Shown piece after piece: positions 1-11,399 of a DNA stretch of 64,000 nt. The stretch lies in NCBI GenBank assembly GCA_964016885.1, contig OZ024744.1:57784001-57848000 (forward strand), read 5' to 3'. Every line of letters begins with the position of its first letter. The stretch's first letter is position 1. The position numbers and the translations under genes were made by a program. The notes under the pieces are model-generated. The model saw only the letters and a program-made list of their open reading frames with translations, searched no databases and was not told the origin of the DNA. The stretch comes from Eledone cirrhosa. Its lineage: Eukaryota.

Positions 1-480
1 ATCATCTCCATCATCACCACAAACACCACCAACATCACCAGCATCATCATCATCATCACCATCCCCCATCACCATCATCAACAATATCATCATCACTATG
101 ACCGCCCCTTAAACCAATGACGAAGATGGTGTAGATGAAGATGACAAGAAATAACGTAGTAACAACATAATCTGCTTGAGATTAAACAGCAGCTATATCA
201 TCACCATCACCACCACCATCATCATCTCCCCCCCCCCTCCACACACATACACCACCGCCACCGCCAACACCAACACCCCACCCCCAGCACCACCATCACC
301 ACAACCACCACCACCACAACCCCCACCACCAACACCACCACAACAAGAACAGTAACAACATCAACAATGACAGCATCAACAATAACAACGACAACAATAA
401 CAACAACAATGGCAGCAACAGCAGTTCACAGCAGCAACAAAAACTCTAGCAACTTCAATGGTAAACACAACAGCTGCTGC
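1..480. repeat. Degenerate (CAT/CAC/CAA)n trinucleotide low-complexity tract
   Basis: Runs of catcat, caccac and caacaa are directly visible. Confidence 0.9.
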
Positions 481-524
481 AGTAAAACAACTGACTGAAG
501 ACTGAAGGCAGAAGACATAATATT

Positions 525-1240
525 GGTGGTGGCGGCGGCGGGGTTGGGGGGGGGGGGGTTATGATGATGGTGGTGGTGGGGGGTGGGGTTGTTGTGGTGG
601 GGGGGGATTACGGTGGGGGGGGGGTTATGATGCTGGTGGTGGTGGTGGTCATGGTGGCGCAGGGGGGATTATGGTGGTGGTGGGGTGGGGGTTATGGGGG
701 TGCGGGGGGATTATGGTGGGGGTGGGGAGTTATGATGCTGCTGGTGGTGGTGGTGGTGGTCATGGTGGTGCAGGGGGGATTATGGTGGTGGTGGGGGTGG
801 GGTGTATGATACTGGTGGTGGTGGTGGTCATGGGGGGGTGAGGGAGCTGGTGGGGGAGGGGGTATGGTGGTGGTGGTGGTCATGGGTGTGAGGGAGCTGG
901 TGGGGGATTATGATGCTGGTGATGGTGGTGGTGATGGTCATGGGGGTGAGGGAGGTGGGGCGCGGGGGGAGGGATTATGATGGTGGTGGTGGTGTTTGGG
1001 GGCGGAGAGTAGTGTTCGTGTTGTTATTGGTGGTGGTGGTGGTGACGATGGTGATGGCGACGGTGGTGGTGGTGGTGGTGTTGATGATAATGATGATGAC
1101 GATGGTGGTGATGATGATGATGATGGTGGTGATGGTGATGACGACTGACGATGATAACGATGATAATGATGATAAAGATGAAGATAATACTGTCAATGGT
1201 GGTGATGGTAAGGACAATAGCATAAAGACGACTGTGGGTG
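525..1240. repeat. G-rich (GGT/GAT)n tract with a higher-order unit (ggggggattatggtgg...gtcatgg)
   Basis: Repeated GGT/GAT triplets and recurring 'ggggggatta' and 'gtcatgg' anchors. Confidence 0.9.
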
Positions 1241-1367
1241 CGAGGAGGAGTTGCTGCATTCCTATCGATCTGCCATTCCATTCAACACGGCTCAAGTGAT
1301 TCCATCAATGGAAGGAATGCTACACAATCTCCATCTTTACAGAGAAACCAAACACAGCAGCAATGTA

Positions 1368-1910
1368 TGGTGGTGGTGGTGGTGGTGGTAGTGGTGGTGG
1401 TGGTGGTGGTGGTGGTGACGGTGGTGGTGGTGATGATGGTGGTGGTGGTGGTGGTTGTGGTGGTGATGATGGTGGTTGTGGTGGTGGTGGTGATGATGGT
1501 GGTTGTGGTGGTGGTGGTGATGATGATGATGGTTGTGGTGGTGATGGTTGTGGTGGTGATGGTGGTGGGTGTTGTAGTGGTGGTGGTGGTGGTAGTGGTG
1601 GTGGTGGTGGTAGTGGTGGTGGTGGTTGTGGTGGTTGTGGTGGTGGTGGTGGTGATGATGATGGTTGTGGTGGTGATTGTTGTGGTGGTGATGGTTGTGG
1701 TGGTGCTGGTGGTGGGTGTTGTAGTGATGTAGTGGTGGTGGTGGTGGTAGTGGGTGTTGTAGTGATGATGGTTGTAGTGGTGGTGGTAGTGGGTGTTGTA
1801 GTGATGGTGGTGGTGGTGGGTGTTGTAGTGGTGGTGGTGTTGTATGTGTGTGTGGTGGTGGTGGTGGTGGGGGGGGGGGGGGGGGGGGGTAGTGGTGATA
1901 GTAGTGGTTA
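1368..1910. repeat. (GGT)n degenerate microsatellite
   Basis: Long ggtggt/gatggt/gttgt array. Confidence 0.95.
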
Positions 1911-2241
1911 AAAGAGGGAGTATCCCAGAAATTAAATATATTTGATTCCTTTGATGTCTTGTAGAGAAAAGGGAGGAAAAAGAAAGGAAGAGTTTATGAA
2001 TGAATAAATAAATGAATGAATGAATGGAGGAAGAAATGAAACAAATTTACAAAGAAGAATAATAGAAATAAAAAATGAAAGTAAGAAAAAACATGGAAGG
2101 GAGGAAAGAAAAAAGAAAAAAAGAAAGAAAGAAAGGAATCGTTTTATATCCGCTTATCTGTGCTTGCATGGGTTGGATGGGCCTTTTCCAACACAGCATC
2201 TCTCCACTCTTAACGTTCCTTCATCATCTCATCAATGCGCA

Positions 2242-2289
2242 TTCCTGATGATTGCATACGAATGAAACAGTCCTAGACCTGTAGAAGCC
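2242..2289 (+). ncRNA. Type I hammerhead ribozyme motif (family A, copy 1)
   Basis: ttc-CUGAUGA(2245-2251)-ttgcatacgaat-GAAA-CAG-tcctagac-CUG-UA^gaa. Stem I is ttc/gaa, stem III is ACAG/CUGU, stem II is weak. Confidence 0.65.
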
Positions 2290-2407
2290 ATTTCTATATT
2301 AAATGTCTTTTGTTCTCACTCTATTTATGTAATGTATTGAATACTTTATTTACTGTGGTTACCCCGATTTCAGTCAGAATCTACATATTACATATATATA
2401 TATTATA

Positions 2408-2510
2408 TGGCTGAGTGGTTAGAGAATTGGATTCACAATCGTGAGGTTGTGATTTCGCGTCCTGGATGTGTTTTGTTCTTGAGCAAGACACTTTATTTCA
2501 CGTTGCTCCT
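2408..2510 (+). mobile_element. Truncated tRNA-derived SINE (same family as 8496-8857)
   Basis: Box A-like tggctgagtggttagag, then 'ttcttgagcaagacactttatttcac' shared with the copies at 8496 and 48432. Confidence 0.8.
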
Positions 2511-2753
2511 TCTACCTGGATTTGCAACCGATAGATAGTATTAGCAATTGGAAAGACCAATGGGAACATTGTTTCCTAGGTCTGATTTGATGAGCTCCAC
2601 CCAACTCGCCCAGTGAATGAGGTCTGGGACCTTGTCTATCGATTGTTGATATATATATATAGTATATGAGTCCCTGGTTCAATTGAGGATAACAACAGTT
2701 AGTAAGGTACTGAATACAGTAGTGGAGTGTAAACATCAAATTAATATAGAAAT

Positions 2754-2801
2754 GGCTTCTACAGGACTAGAACTATTTCATTTGAAAGAAATCATCAGGA
2801 A
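2754..2801 (-). ncRNA. Type I hammerhead ribozyme motif (family A, inverted copy)
   Basis: The minus strand reads ttc-CUGAUGA-tttctttcaaat-GAAA-UAG-ttctagtc-CUG-UA^gaagcc. It lies in an inverted copy (~2681-2801) of ~2242-2372. Confidence 0.65.
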
Positions 2802-2809
2802 ATCATCAG

Positions 2810-2851
2810 GGCTTTCTTGATGAATGAAACAGTTCTAGTCCTGTAAGGGCC
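2810..2851 (+). ncRNA. Degenerate hammerhead motif (family A, copy 3; stem II lost)
   Basis: ggcttt-c-UUGAUGA-at-GAAACAG-ttctagtc-CUGUA^agggcc. The arms ggcttt/agggcc can pair. Confidence 0.5.
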
Positions 2852-2886
2852 ATCTCTATATTACATTATATATATATATGTAGGAT

Positions 2887-2938
2887 ATTCTTGATCATTT
2901 CATATGAATGAAATAGTTCTAGTCCTATAAAAGTCATT
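2887..2938 (+). ncRNA. Decayed hammerhead motif (family A, copy 4)
   Basis: ttc-ttgatca-tttcatatgaat-GAAAUAG-ttctagtc-CUAUA; the core is mutated. Confidence 0.35.
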
Positions 2939-3067
2939 TCTATATATAATAAAAATCCCTCTACTCTACCAATGTATTGAGTACATTTTTTTTTATCTGT
3001 GCCCCCCCCCCCCCACACACACCTCGGGTATCTATTTATTACATATTATATATATTTATATATATAG

Positions 3068-3200
3068 TTAGATAGATAGACAGATAGATAGATAGTTAAA
3101 CTGACAGATAGATAGATTGATAGATAGACAGACAGAAGACAGACAGATAGATCGATAGATAGATAGATATAGATAGATGGATGGATGGATGGATAGATAG
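3068..3200. repeat. (GATA/GACA/GATG)n microsatellite
   Basis: Directly visible. Confidence 0.95.
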
Positions 3201-4415
3201 ATTTCTTCTTTAGCCACAAGTCTGCACAAGAAATGGGACAACATAAGGACATATTGCGGAGATTTTTATACAATCGTGTAAAAAGAGTAAAATTATAACA
3301 TTTAAAAAAATTTAACAATCGAAATCCCCAATAGTGGGAAGCATTACAAATGGGTTGTTTTACACCCCGTAGATAGAACGACCCACAACTCCAGGAGCAT
3401 GTTTTGCGACTGCTCCTTTCTTCTCTCCCCCCTCTTCTTCAACCTATAGGTTTATATACAAAGAAGGGCCCAATCACTCGGGCCATTTTTGCTACATTCA
3501 CCCACCTTTCAGTAAATTTACTGGGATGCAGTACCTCTCTCTCCACTCTGATTTTCCTTCTAAAGTGGTATCGAAAGGGAATGAGCTGTTGTCCGAAGAG
3601 AAAGGCATCTGTCCTCAGTCCTCTCTATCTTGTCCACGATATAACCTCTTTCACCATAGCCACTATACAGAGGAAAACCGCCTCTCTTTCGTTTTTGAAA
3701 GAAGTTGGGGGTTGATCCTTACTATGGACTCGGCAGTCAACTGGATTTGTCCCATATGCGACAGCAGTTGTTCTGCGTAGTTCCACAGGTCGGTTATGCC
3801 CGGGCAGTGTACAATTGCCTGCAAGACGGTTTCAATGTCCTGCTCGCATCTTGGACACGTCCTCTTGGAAAGATCCCTACCGGGGCGTCCGTGCCTGTAG
3901 ATCTTGTCACAAACTGGTAGAGCTCCTCGGTAGCACTGCCAGGCCAGGGACCTCTGGAAATTGTCCATAGGTCCCAGGCGGAAAGTCCTTCCAAACAGAC
4001 TAGTGAGCTCATCGTCTTCGACGCCCAGAGTCTCTCCGAGCCCGTCGTCGCCCTTGTGAGGTATTAACCCTCTATAGAATGTCGAAGTGGAGTCTCCACT
4101 GATTGCCGTGCCCGCTTGACACAGGACTGTAAGCACCTGATCGCATTCAATGTGCCAGGCGCCCATCTTCTTTGGTCTTCGCTTGACCCAGGACTGCAGC
4201 TCCGTCAGCGAGACAAGTTGCAGGAATGCCTGTCTCACAAACGGTGCCTACACCGGTTGGGGGTCGGTGAGGAATACCTGTAGATCCGTAGCCTCATCGC
4301 ATGTTTGAGCATCATCAGCCACGGCATTTCCAGCTCCCCTTTGGAAGGGTGCTGACAGCAGACCGATCTCCTCGCCAGGAAGAGCATGCGTTCCATCTTG
4401 GTGAGGTGTTCATGG
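3201..4415 (-). mobile_element. Tx1/L1-like LINE, 3' fragment (ORF2 C-terminus with CCHC finger, plus 3' UTR)
   Basis: ORF 3663-4238 has 'LAWQCYRGALPV...CPRC...ETVLQAIVHCP'. It is homologous to the elements at 24585-28400 and 30432-35428. (GATA)n flanks both sides. Confidence 0.85.
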
Positions 4416-4417
4416 GG

Positions 4418-4456
<39 letters not shown>

Positions 4457-5116
4457 TAGTTAGAAAGAAAACAGTAAGGAAAAAAAGAATAAAAGCAAAG
4501 AAATAACAATAGAAAGAAAATATTTTTTTAATGAAATAAACAAAAGTTAATAAAGAAAAAAGTTGTAAAGAGAAAGAGAAAACAAAAAAAAAAGAAAAGA
4601 AATTATGTTGATTTTCATCTTTTTTTCTTTTTCTTACTTTCGCTCTTTCTTTTTCTTTTCTTTTTTTTCTTCCTCCTTTTCTTGGTTCTGGTATATAACT
4701 AAATGAAATTTCTTGAGAATTTCACAGTCCAAGAAGCATTATATCTCAAACTTGCACCACTACCACCACCACCACTCCTTTACGGGCCCCATAACTGAAC
4801 CTCCGTATGCCCTTCCCTCCTGTCACATCTTCCATTTACAACTTTTTTTAACACATTCATTCTTCCCATATTTCTAATGAAAGACACTGTCTTTGTCTTT
4901 CAATTCATTTTGAAAATAATCAAGAATTTAGAGTGATAACTTTCTCCTTATTAGTCTGGTGTCTTGAGCATAACTTAACAAAAGTTCTTACATAACATTT
5001 TAGCGGAAGGCTTTTAGATAAATATAAATATTTTCTTTTGTTAGCTGCTGAGAGACTGTATCCTTTAAAACCTCTATGCTTCCTGACTTTCGCCAACACT
5101 ACCCCTGATATCTCCC

Positions 5117-5161
<45 letters not shown>

Positions 5162-5179
5162 TATCATCACTCATACGCT

Positions 5180-5280
5180 GTTCACTTTCCTGACATTTGT
5201 ACATTATTCTATGTACTATACATGCACCTTTCATGAGTTGTAGTGCACCTGAGCACTGTACACAATAATTTCATTATTTT
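5180..5280 (+). mobile_element. Probable LINE 3' terminus remnant, shared with 61876-61918
   Basis: 'gttgtagtgcacctgagcactgtacacaataattt(t)cattat' occurs here and near 61876. Confidence 0.5.
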
Positions 5281-5429
5281 TCACATTTTTTAGAACCATG
5301 GGCGGTTTCAGTTTTTTTTTTTCTCACTTTCACTTTAAACACAACCATTACCACCGCTGCCACCACCATAGTCACCACCCTCATCACTACCAGCACTCAC
5401 CGCCCTAACACCATCATCACCACTATCAT

Positions 5430-6425
5430 GCACGTGTGTGTATGTACTTGAATGTGCATGCACAAGCATGTATGTCTGTAGTTGTGTGTGCGTTTGTGTG
5501 TCTCTGTGCATGCATCTGAGTATGCGTAAGTGTGTATTTCTGTGTGCATGTGTGTGTATTTGTGTGTTCATGCATGTGTGTGTGTGTGCATGCATGTGTG
5601 TGTTTTATGTATTTGTTTGTATATGTGTGCACATGTGGCATGTGTGTGTGTGTGTGCATGCATGTGTGTTTTTGTATATTTGTGTGTGTGTGTGCATGCA
5701 TGTGTGTGTTTTTATATATTTGTGTGTGCATGCATGTGTGTGTGTTTTATGTATGTGTGTGTGTGTGCATGCATGTGTGTGTGTTTTTATGTGTGTGTGG
5801 GTGCATGCATGTGTGTGTGTTTTTATGTGTGTGTGGGTGCATGCATGTGTGTGTCTTTTTATATATTTGTGTGTGCATGCATGTGTGTGTGTTTTATGTA
5901 TGTGTGTGGGTGCATGCATGTGTGTGTCTTTTTATGTGTGTGTGGGTGCATGCATGTGTGTGTCTTTTTATGTATTTGTGTGTGCATGCATGTGTGTGTG
6001 TGTGCATGCATGTGTGTGTGTGCATGCATGTGTGTGTGTTATGTATGTGCGTGTGGGTGCATGCATGTGTGTTTTATATATTTGTGCGTGTGCATGCATG
6101 TGTGTTTTTATGTATTTGTGTGTGTGTGCATGCATGTGTGTGTGTTTTTATATTTATGTGTGTGTGTTTTTATGTATGCGCGTGTGGGTGCAGCATGCAT
6201 GTGTGTGTGTTTTATATATTTGTGCGTGTTTTTAAATATTTGTGTGTGTGTGTTTTATGTATGTGTGTGTGGGTGCATGCATGTGTGTGTGTTTTATATA
6301 TTTGTGTGTATGTGTGCATGTGTGTGGGGGGTGCATGCATGTGTGTGTGTTTTTATATTTGTGTGTGTGTGTGCATGCATGTGTGTGTGTGTGTGTTTAT
6401 GTATGTGTGTGTGGGTGCATGCATG
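5430..6425. repeat. Minisatellite of ~30-bp units (gtgtgtgcatgcatgtgtgtgtttttatgtattt)
   Basis: Many tandem units centred on the palindrome tgcatgca. Confidence 0.9.
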
Positions 6426-6651
6426 TGGAAGAGCATCCACCTATAGAAAGCATGCTAATATGGAATATATGAACAAGATGTGGCTATCTGGAAAAAGATG
6501 ATGATGATGTATGTATGTATGTATGTATGTATGTATGTATGTATGTATGTGTGTATGTGTATGTATGTATGTATGTATGTATGTATATATGTATGTATGT
6601 GTATGTGTATGTATGTATGTATGTATGTATGTATGTATGTATGTATGTATA

Positions 6652-7108
6652 TAAGGGCAAAGGAGCTCTTAAGAGTCAATGGCCATCCAAAATCACCGGG
6701 AGAGATGACCCCTTAGCCTTTGTCAAGGCAGAATTCTAGGAGAAGGAAAACTCTGATATAACACCTGCAACCCTGATGGTATCCAATGATGTTGACTTGT
6801 TCTTCTTTTTGGTAAATATCATCTTGGTTAAGAGAGTGGGACTGGCTTTGTGCAGTGCCTTTGCTCACTATAAAAGCTTCACGGCACAGGCATTTTTTTT
6901 ATATCTGGAGATCTCTCTGCACTTGTCATCACATGGTATCATGGGCCCAGCACTATGTGTCAATAATTGTCACAAGTGTAGTGTTTGTACCAGAGTTTTC
7001 AAGTCGCTGGCTGGACTAAAAAGTCACACTCGTTCAGCGCATCGGTAGGGGTTCTCCTACATGGATATAAAGTAGTGGCCGTACTCGAAAACGAGTTGGC
7101 AGCCACCA
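6652..7108 (+). mobile_element. Short RTE-derived (internally deleted) element within (ATGT)n
   Basis: The 5' part has the RTE-like UTR motif 'ctaggagaaggaaaactctgat' (recalled). The 3' part encodes a C2H2 finger 'CSVCTRVFKSLAGLKSHTRSAH', followed by a short UTR and (ATGT)n; (ATGT)n is also upstream (6507-6650). Confidence 0.6.
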
Positions 7109-7563
7109 TGTATGTATGTATGTATGTATGTATGTATGTATGTATGTATGTATGTATGTATGTGTGAGTAAGTAAGTATGTGTATACAGACTGTTAGACC
7201 ACTGATTCCAATTGCTAAATTTACACCACAAACTGTCTGTAAGAGTGAAATAGACCATAACACCATCGTACATTTTATATATCTGATTATGCATGTGTTT
7301 ATACGTGTGTCTTTCTATATATATGTGTGCGTGTGTCTGTGTCTATGTCTGTGTATGTCCTTGTGCATTCGTCAGTTTGCCTCTGTGTGTGTGTTTGTAT
7401 GTGTACAACATGTCTGTCTGTGTCTGTCTGTTGTACATATGTGTAAAGCTTTATTTCTATGTGTGTTGTGTGTGTGTGTGCATGTGTGTTTAAGTCTATA
7501 TTGTTATGTTCCCTTTTGTGTGTGTGTATGTGTGTAAATACATCTGTGTCTATATATGCGTGC

Positions 7564-7611
<48 letters not shown>

Positions 7612-7660
7612 GTGTGTGTGCATGTCTATGAGTATATTTATGTCTTTATAAGTATTTCAG

Positions 7661-7856
7661 GTCCAGCCTCAAGTTTAAGGATATCTCCCTCCTTTTCTCA
7701 CCACCAGTCATCGGGGACCTTAAAAAGATCGTGGGCTCTGCCCTTTTATATCTGACTAGGAAAGGAAAGAACCCAGAAAACAATGTTTTCATTGGTCTTC
7801 CCATTGCTGATGCTATCTGTTGGTTGCAATTGCCAGTGGAAGAGGAACTGAAATAA
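7661..7856 (+). CDS. Candidate terminal coding exon of an unidentified gene (64 codons)
   Basis: Acceptor tatttcag|G at 7660, then the open frame SSLKFKDISLLFSPPVIGDLKKIVGSALLYLTRKGKNPENNVFIGLPIADAICWLQLPVEEELK*. It is complex sequence amid microsatellites; no homolog recognised. Confidence 0.3.
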
Positions 7857-7993
7857 AGTATTTTGCTCAAGAATATCGTCAGCTTCTAAACATCCACCAC
7901 ATATACACACCTTAGACTAGTGTCTTTGGTTTAACAAATTCCTTGGACTTTGGTCAATAGAAACTGTTTAGAAGCTAGTCATATATATATATA

Positions 7994-8859
<866 letters not shown>

Positions 8860-8899
8860 ATATATATGTGTGTGTGTGTGTGCATATCGCCATCATCAT

Positions 8900-8984
8900 C
8901 ATCGTTCAACATCTATATATATATATATATATATATATAGACGCCAAACGATGATGATTATGATGATATGCACATATATATATA

Positions 8985-9060
<76 letters not shown>

Positions 9061-9082
9061 TATATATATATATATATATATA

Positions 9083-9162
<80 letters not shown>

Positions 9163-9192
9163 TATATGTATATGCATATATATATATGCATA
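8900..9192. repeat. (TA)n array punctuated by tgca
   Basis: Directly visible. Confidence 0.95.
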
Positions 9193-9278
9193 TAAAGGAT
9201 AACAAGATATGGTTATAGGTAATCCAATTAGAGGTTGTGAATACTTCTTATTATGGATAGTTTTAGCATATGGCGTTA

Positions 9279-9388
9279 CAGTTTCCGATGATCTAATAGA
9301 GTTAACATCGTATTTAAAATTGAGTGACACTGCTTTTAGTGTTCAGCAATTTTTAGACAACTCTATCAGTGAAACAATTGTTAGACTG
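9279..9388 (+). ncRNA. Type I hammerhead with a long stem II and a U4C core change, in a ~250-bp cassette (9193-9447) between TA arrays
   Basis: cagttt-CCGAUGA-t-ctaatagagtt...aactctatcag-t-GAAAC-aatt-GUU^agactg. Stem I is 6 bp, stem II pairs 10 of 11 with a distal hairpin, and stem III is the palindrome aacaattgtt. Confidence 0.7.
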
Positions 9389-9490
9389 CAAATAAATCCC
9401 CTTTTTTGTACTGTTGACCCTGTTATTCTCCACTTTTTCAATTTTATATATGCATATATATATGCATATATATATATATATATATATATA

Positions 9491-9750
9491 TTAATAAGAG
9501 GAATTCCAACTTTGTCTGATTTACTCGTTTTATTTACAATCCTTTAAAATTTATAATGGTATTATAATTATAATGGTATTATAATTCAATTAACACTTAA
9601 CATTTAATATTCTACCATACTATTTCATTATAATACCATTATAAATTTTAAAGGATTGTAAATAAAACTAGTAAATCAGACAAAGTTGGAATTCCTCTTA
9701 TTAATATAATCTTCTATACACAATCATACACACCCGTGTATATTTATCTA
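9491..9750 (+). mobile_element. Penelope-like element 3' terminus with an inverted partial duplication
   Basis: 9585-9750 is nearly identical to the reverse complement of 53838-54004. 9491-9568 is an inverted copy of 9627-9704. (TA)n flanks both sides. Confidence 0.9.
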
Positions 9751-9798
9751 TTATATATATATATGCATATATATATGCATATATATATATACTGTATA

Positions 9799-9856
<58 letters not shown>

Positions 9857-9859
<3 letters not shown>

Positions 9860-10062
9860 ATAAACACAGCAAACCGCGTGTCTAAAATTACGAGGGCCGA
9901 ATTACCACACCTGCCCGAGAAATTCAATCAGAAGCAAACGGAATATACACAAAACAAAACAAAATATATACAGACCGCCTCAACAACCATTACATCGCCC
10001 GGACAGACCATGGGCCCAATCCGTTTCGCCCTGAGAACTGTGCCTGCAACAGACAATCCGTG
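9857..10062 (-). mobile_element. Short cassette between TA arrays carrying the 3' half of a hammerhead
   Basis: The minus strand reads ggc-GAAA-CGGAUU-gggcccat-GGUCUG-UC^cggg (9998-10030). The CUGANGA half is absent. Confidence 0.45.
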
Positions 10063-10078
10063 TATATATATATATATC

Positions 10079-10800
10079 GTCATTAGCAAGATCCTGGAGA
10101 CCACAAGAGACACCTGCCTGATGGAGTTGATTGAAATCATGCTTGAAAGCAGGCACTTCTTTGTTGAGCTAGGAGGGAAGAAAAGCAGATGGTGAAGACT
10201 CAAGAATGGCCTCCCACATGGAAGTGTGCTTGCACCACTTCTCTTCAACATCTACATCAATGACCAACCAAAAAGTACAGACACCCACCGCTTCATCTAT
10301 GCAGACGATCTTGACAAAGGTGCATTAGACACTGATTTCAAAGCTGTGGAAGATAGACTCTCCAATGATCTGGAATAGCTAACACCTTATTATGAAGAAA
10401 ACTACCTACGTGCAAATCCATCCAAGATGTAGGTGTGTGTCTTCCACCTATGAAACCATTAAGCCAAACACCAACTGAAGGTTAACTGGTCAGGACCCCC
10501 CCCCCTCCATCCTTGAACACTGTGAGCACCCAGTCTATCTAGGTGTAACCATGGACATGTGTCTCTCTTTTAAGAGTGTTGGTCATATGAAAGCCAATCT
10601 GGCAAAATGGGGATATTTAAAGGATGGGGACGTTCTGTGTGATTGCAGCATCGAACCATAGACTACACAGCACATTCTCATATGCCCCCTGCATAACATT
10701 GGACTTGGCAGAGAAAGGACAGTAATGTGTTCAGCTGTGGCAGAACCACATCTAACCAAGCTTTGTAGCCGACATTCTTGTGGACATGATAAGAAGAATC
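10079..10800 (+). mobile_element. Decayed Vingi/Ingi-like non-LTR retrotransposon RT fragment
   Basis: KNGLPHGSVLAPLLFNIYINDQP...FIYADDL, PVYLGVT and C-terminal KANLAKWG...CDC; several stop codons. Confidence 0.7.
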
Positions 10801-11139
10801 ATTGTTTTTACGTCTGCTTTTCCAAGCTTGTATTAGTAGGACATTATATATATATATATATACGAGGATCGGAATTAAGAGTATTCCGCAGTTCACAGTA
10901 ATAATAATAATATTAGCTCAAAGAAGAATAGAGAATTTTCTTCTGAGCTCAAATACGAATATATTACACAAAGAGAAGCGTGTTACACAGTGAGATGTGT
11001 GTAAAGAATTATTACAAGTGAGTTTAACCGTTACTGTATGGAGAACAATATCTACAGGTTAGCAATTAAATAGAAAAAAACTAAGTCAGAATCAAATCTC
11101 TGAAGTAGAGTTTTAAATTACCAACCTTATAACTATAAG

Positions 11140-11215
11140 TTTGCTGATACGAATCTAGTTCGTTTCACCACAGAAATGTGCAGTTTAACAGCCCACAGGT
11201 TCCTCAGTCAGCAAA
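11140..11215 (-). ncRNA. Intact-looking type I hammerhead ribozyme in a ~390-bp cassette (10862-11250) between TA arrays
   Basis: The minus strand reads tttgctga-CUGAGGA-acc...ggt-GAAA-CGAA-ctaga-UUCG-UA^tcagcaaa. Stem I is a perfect 8 bp, stem III is 5 bp, the core is complete and the triplet is GUA. Confidence 0.9.
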
Positions 11216-11248
11216 TGTGGATTCTGTTCTCGACACATCTAACCTGAT

Positions 11249-11305
<57 letters not shown>

Positions 11306-11399
11306 AACACACACATACACATATGTTTATATATCTAGTTATGTGTCGGGGTGCATATGCTTGTATGCGCATGTGTATGTGTTCATGTCACTGTTTACA

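Noticed and set aside
561-1911. Gly/Val/His-rich ORFs resembling structural proteins
   Set aside because: Several frames are open only because (GGT)n lacks stop codons; there is no frame-specific or splice evidence.
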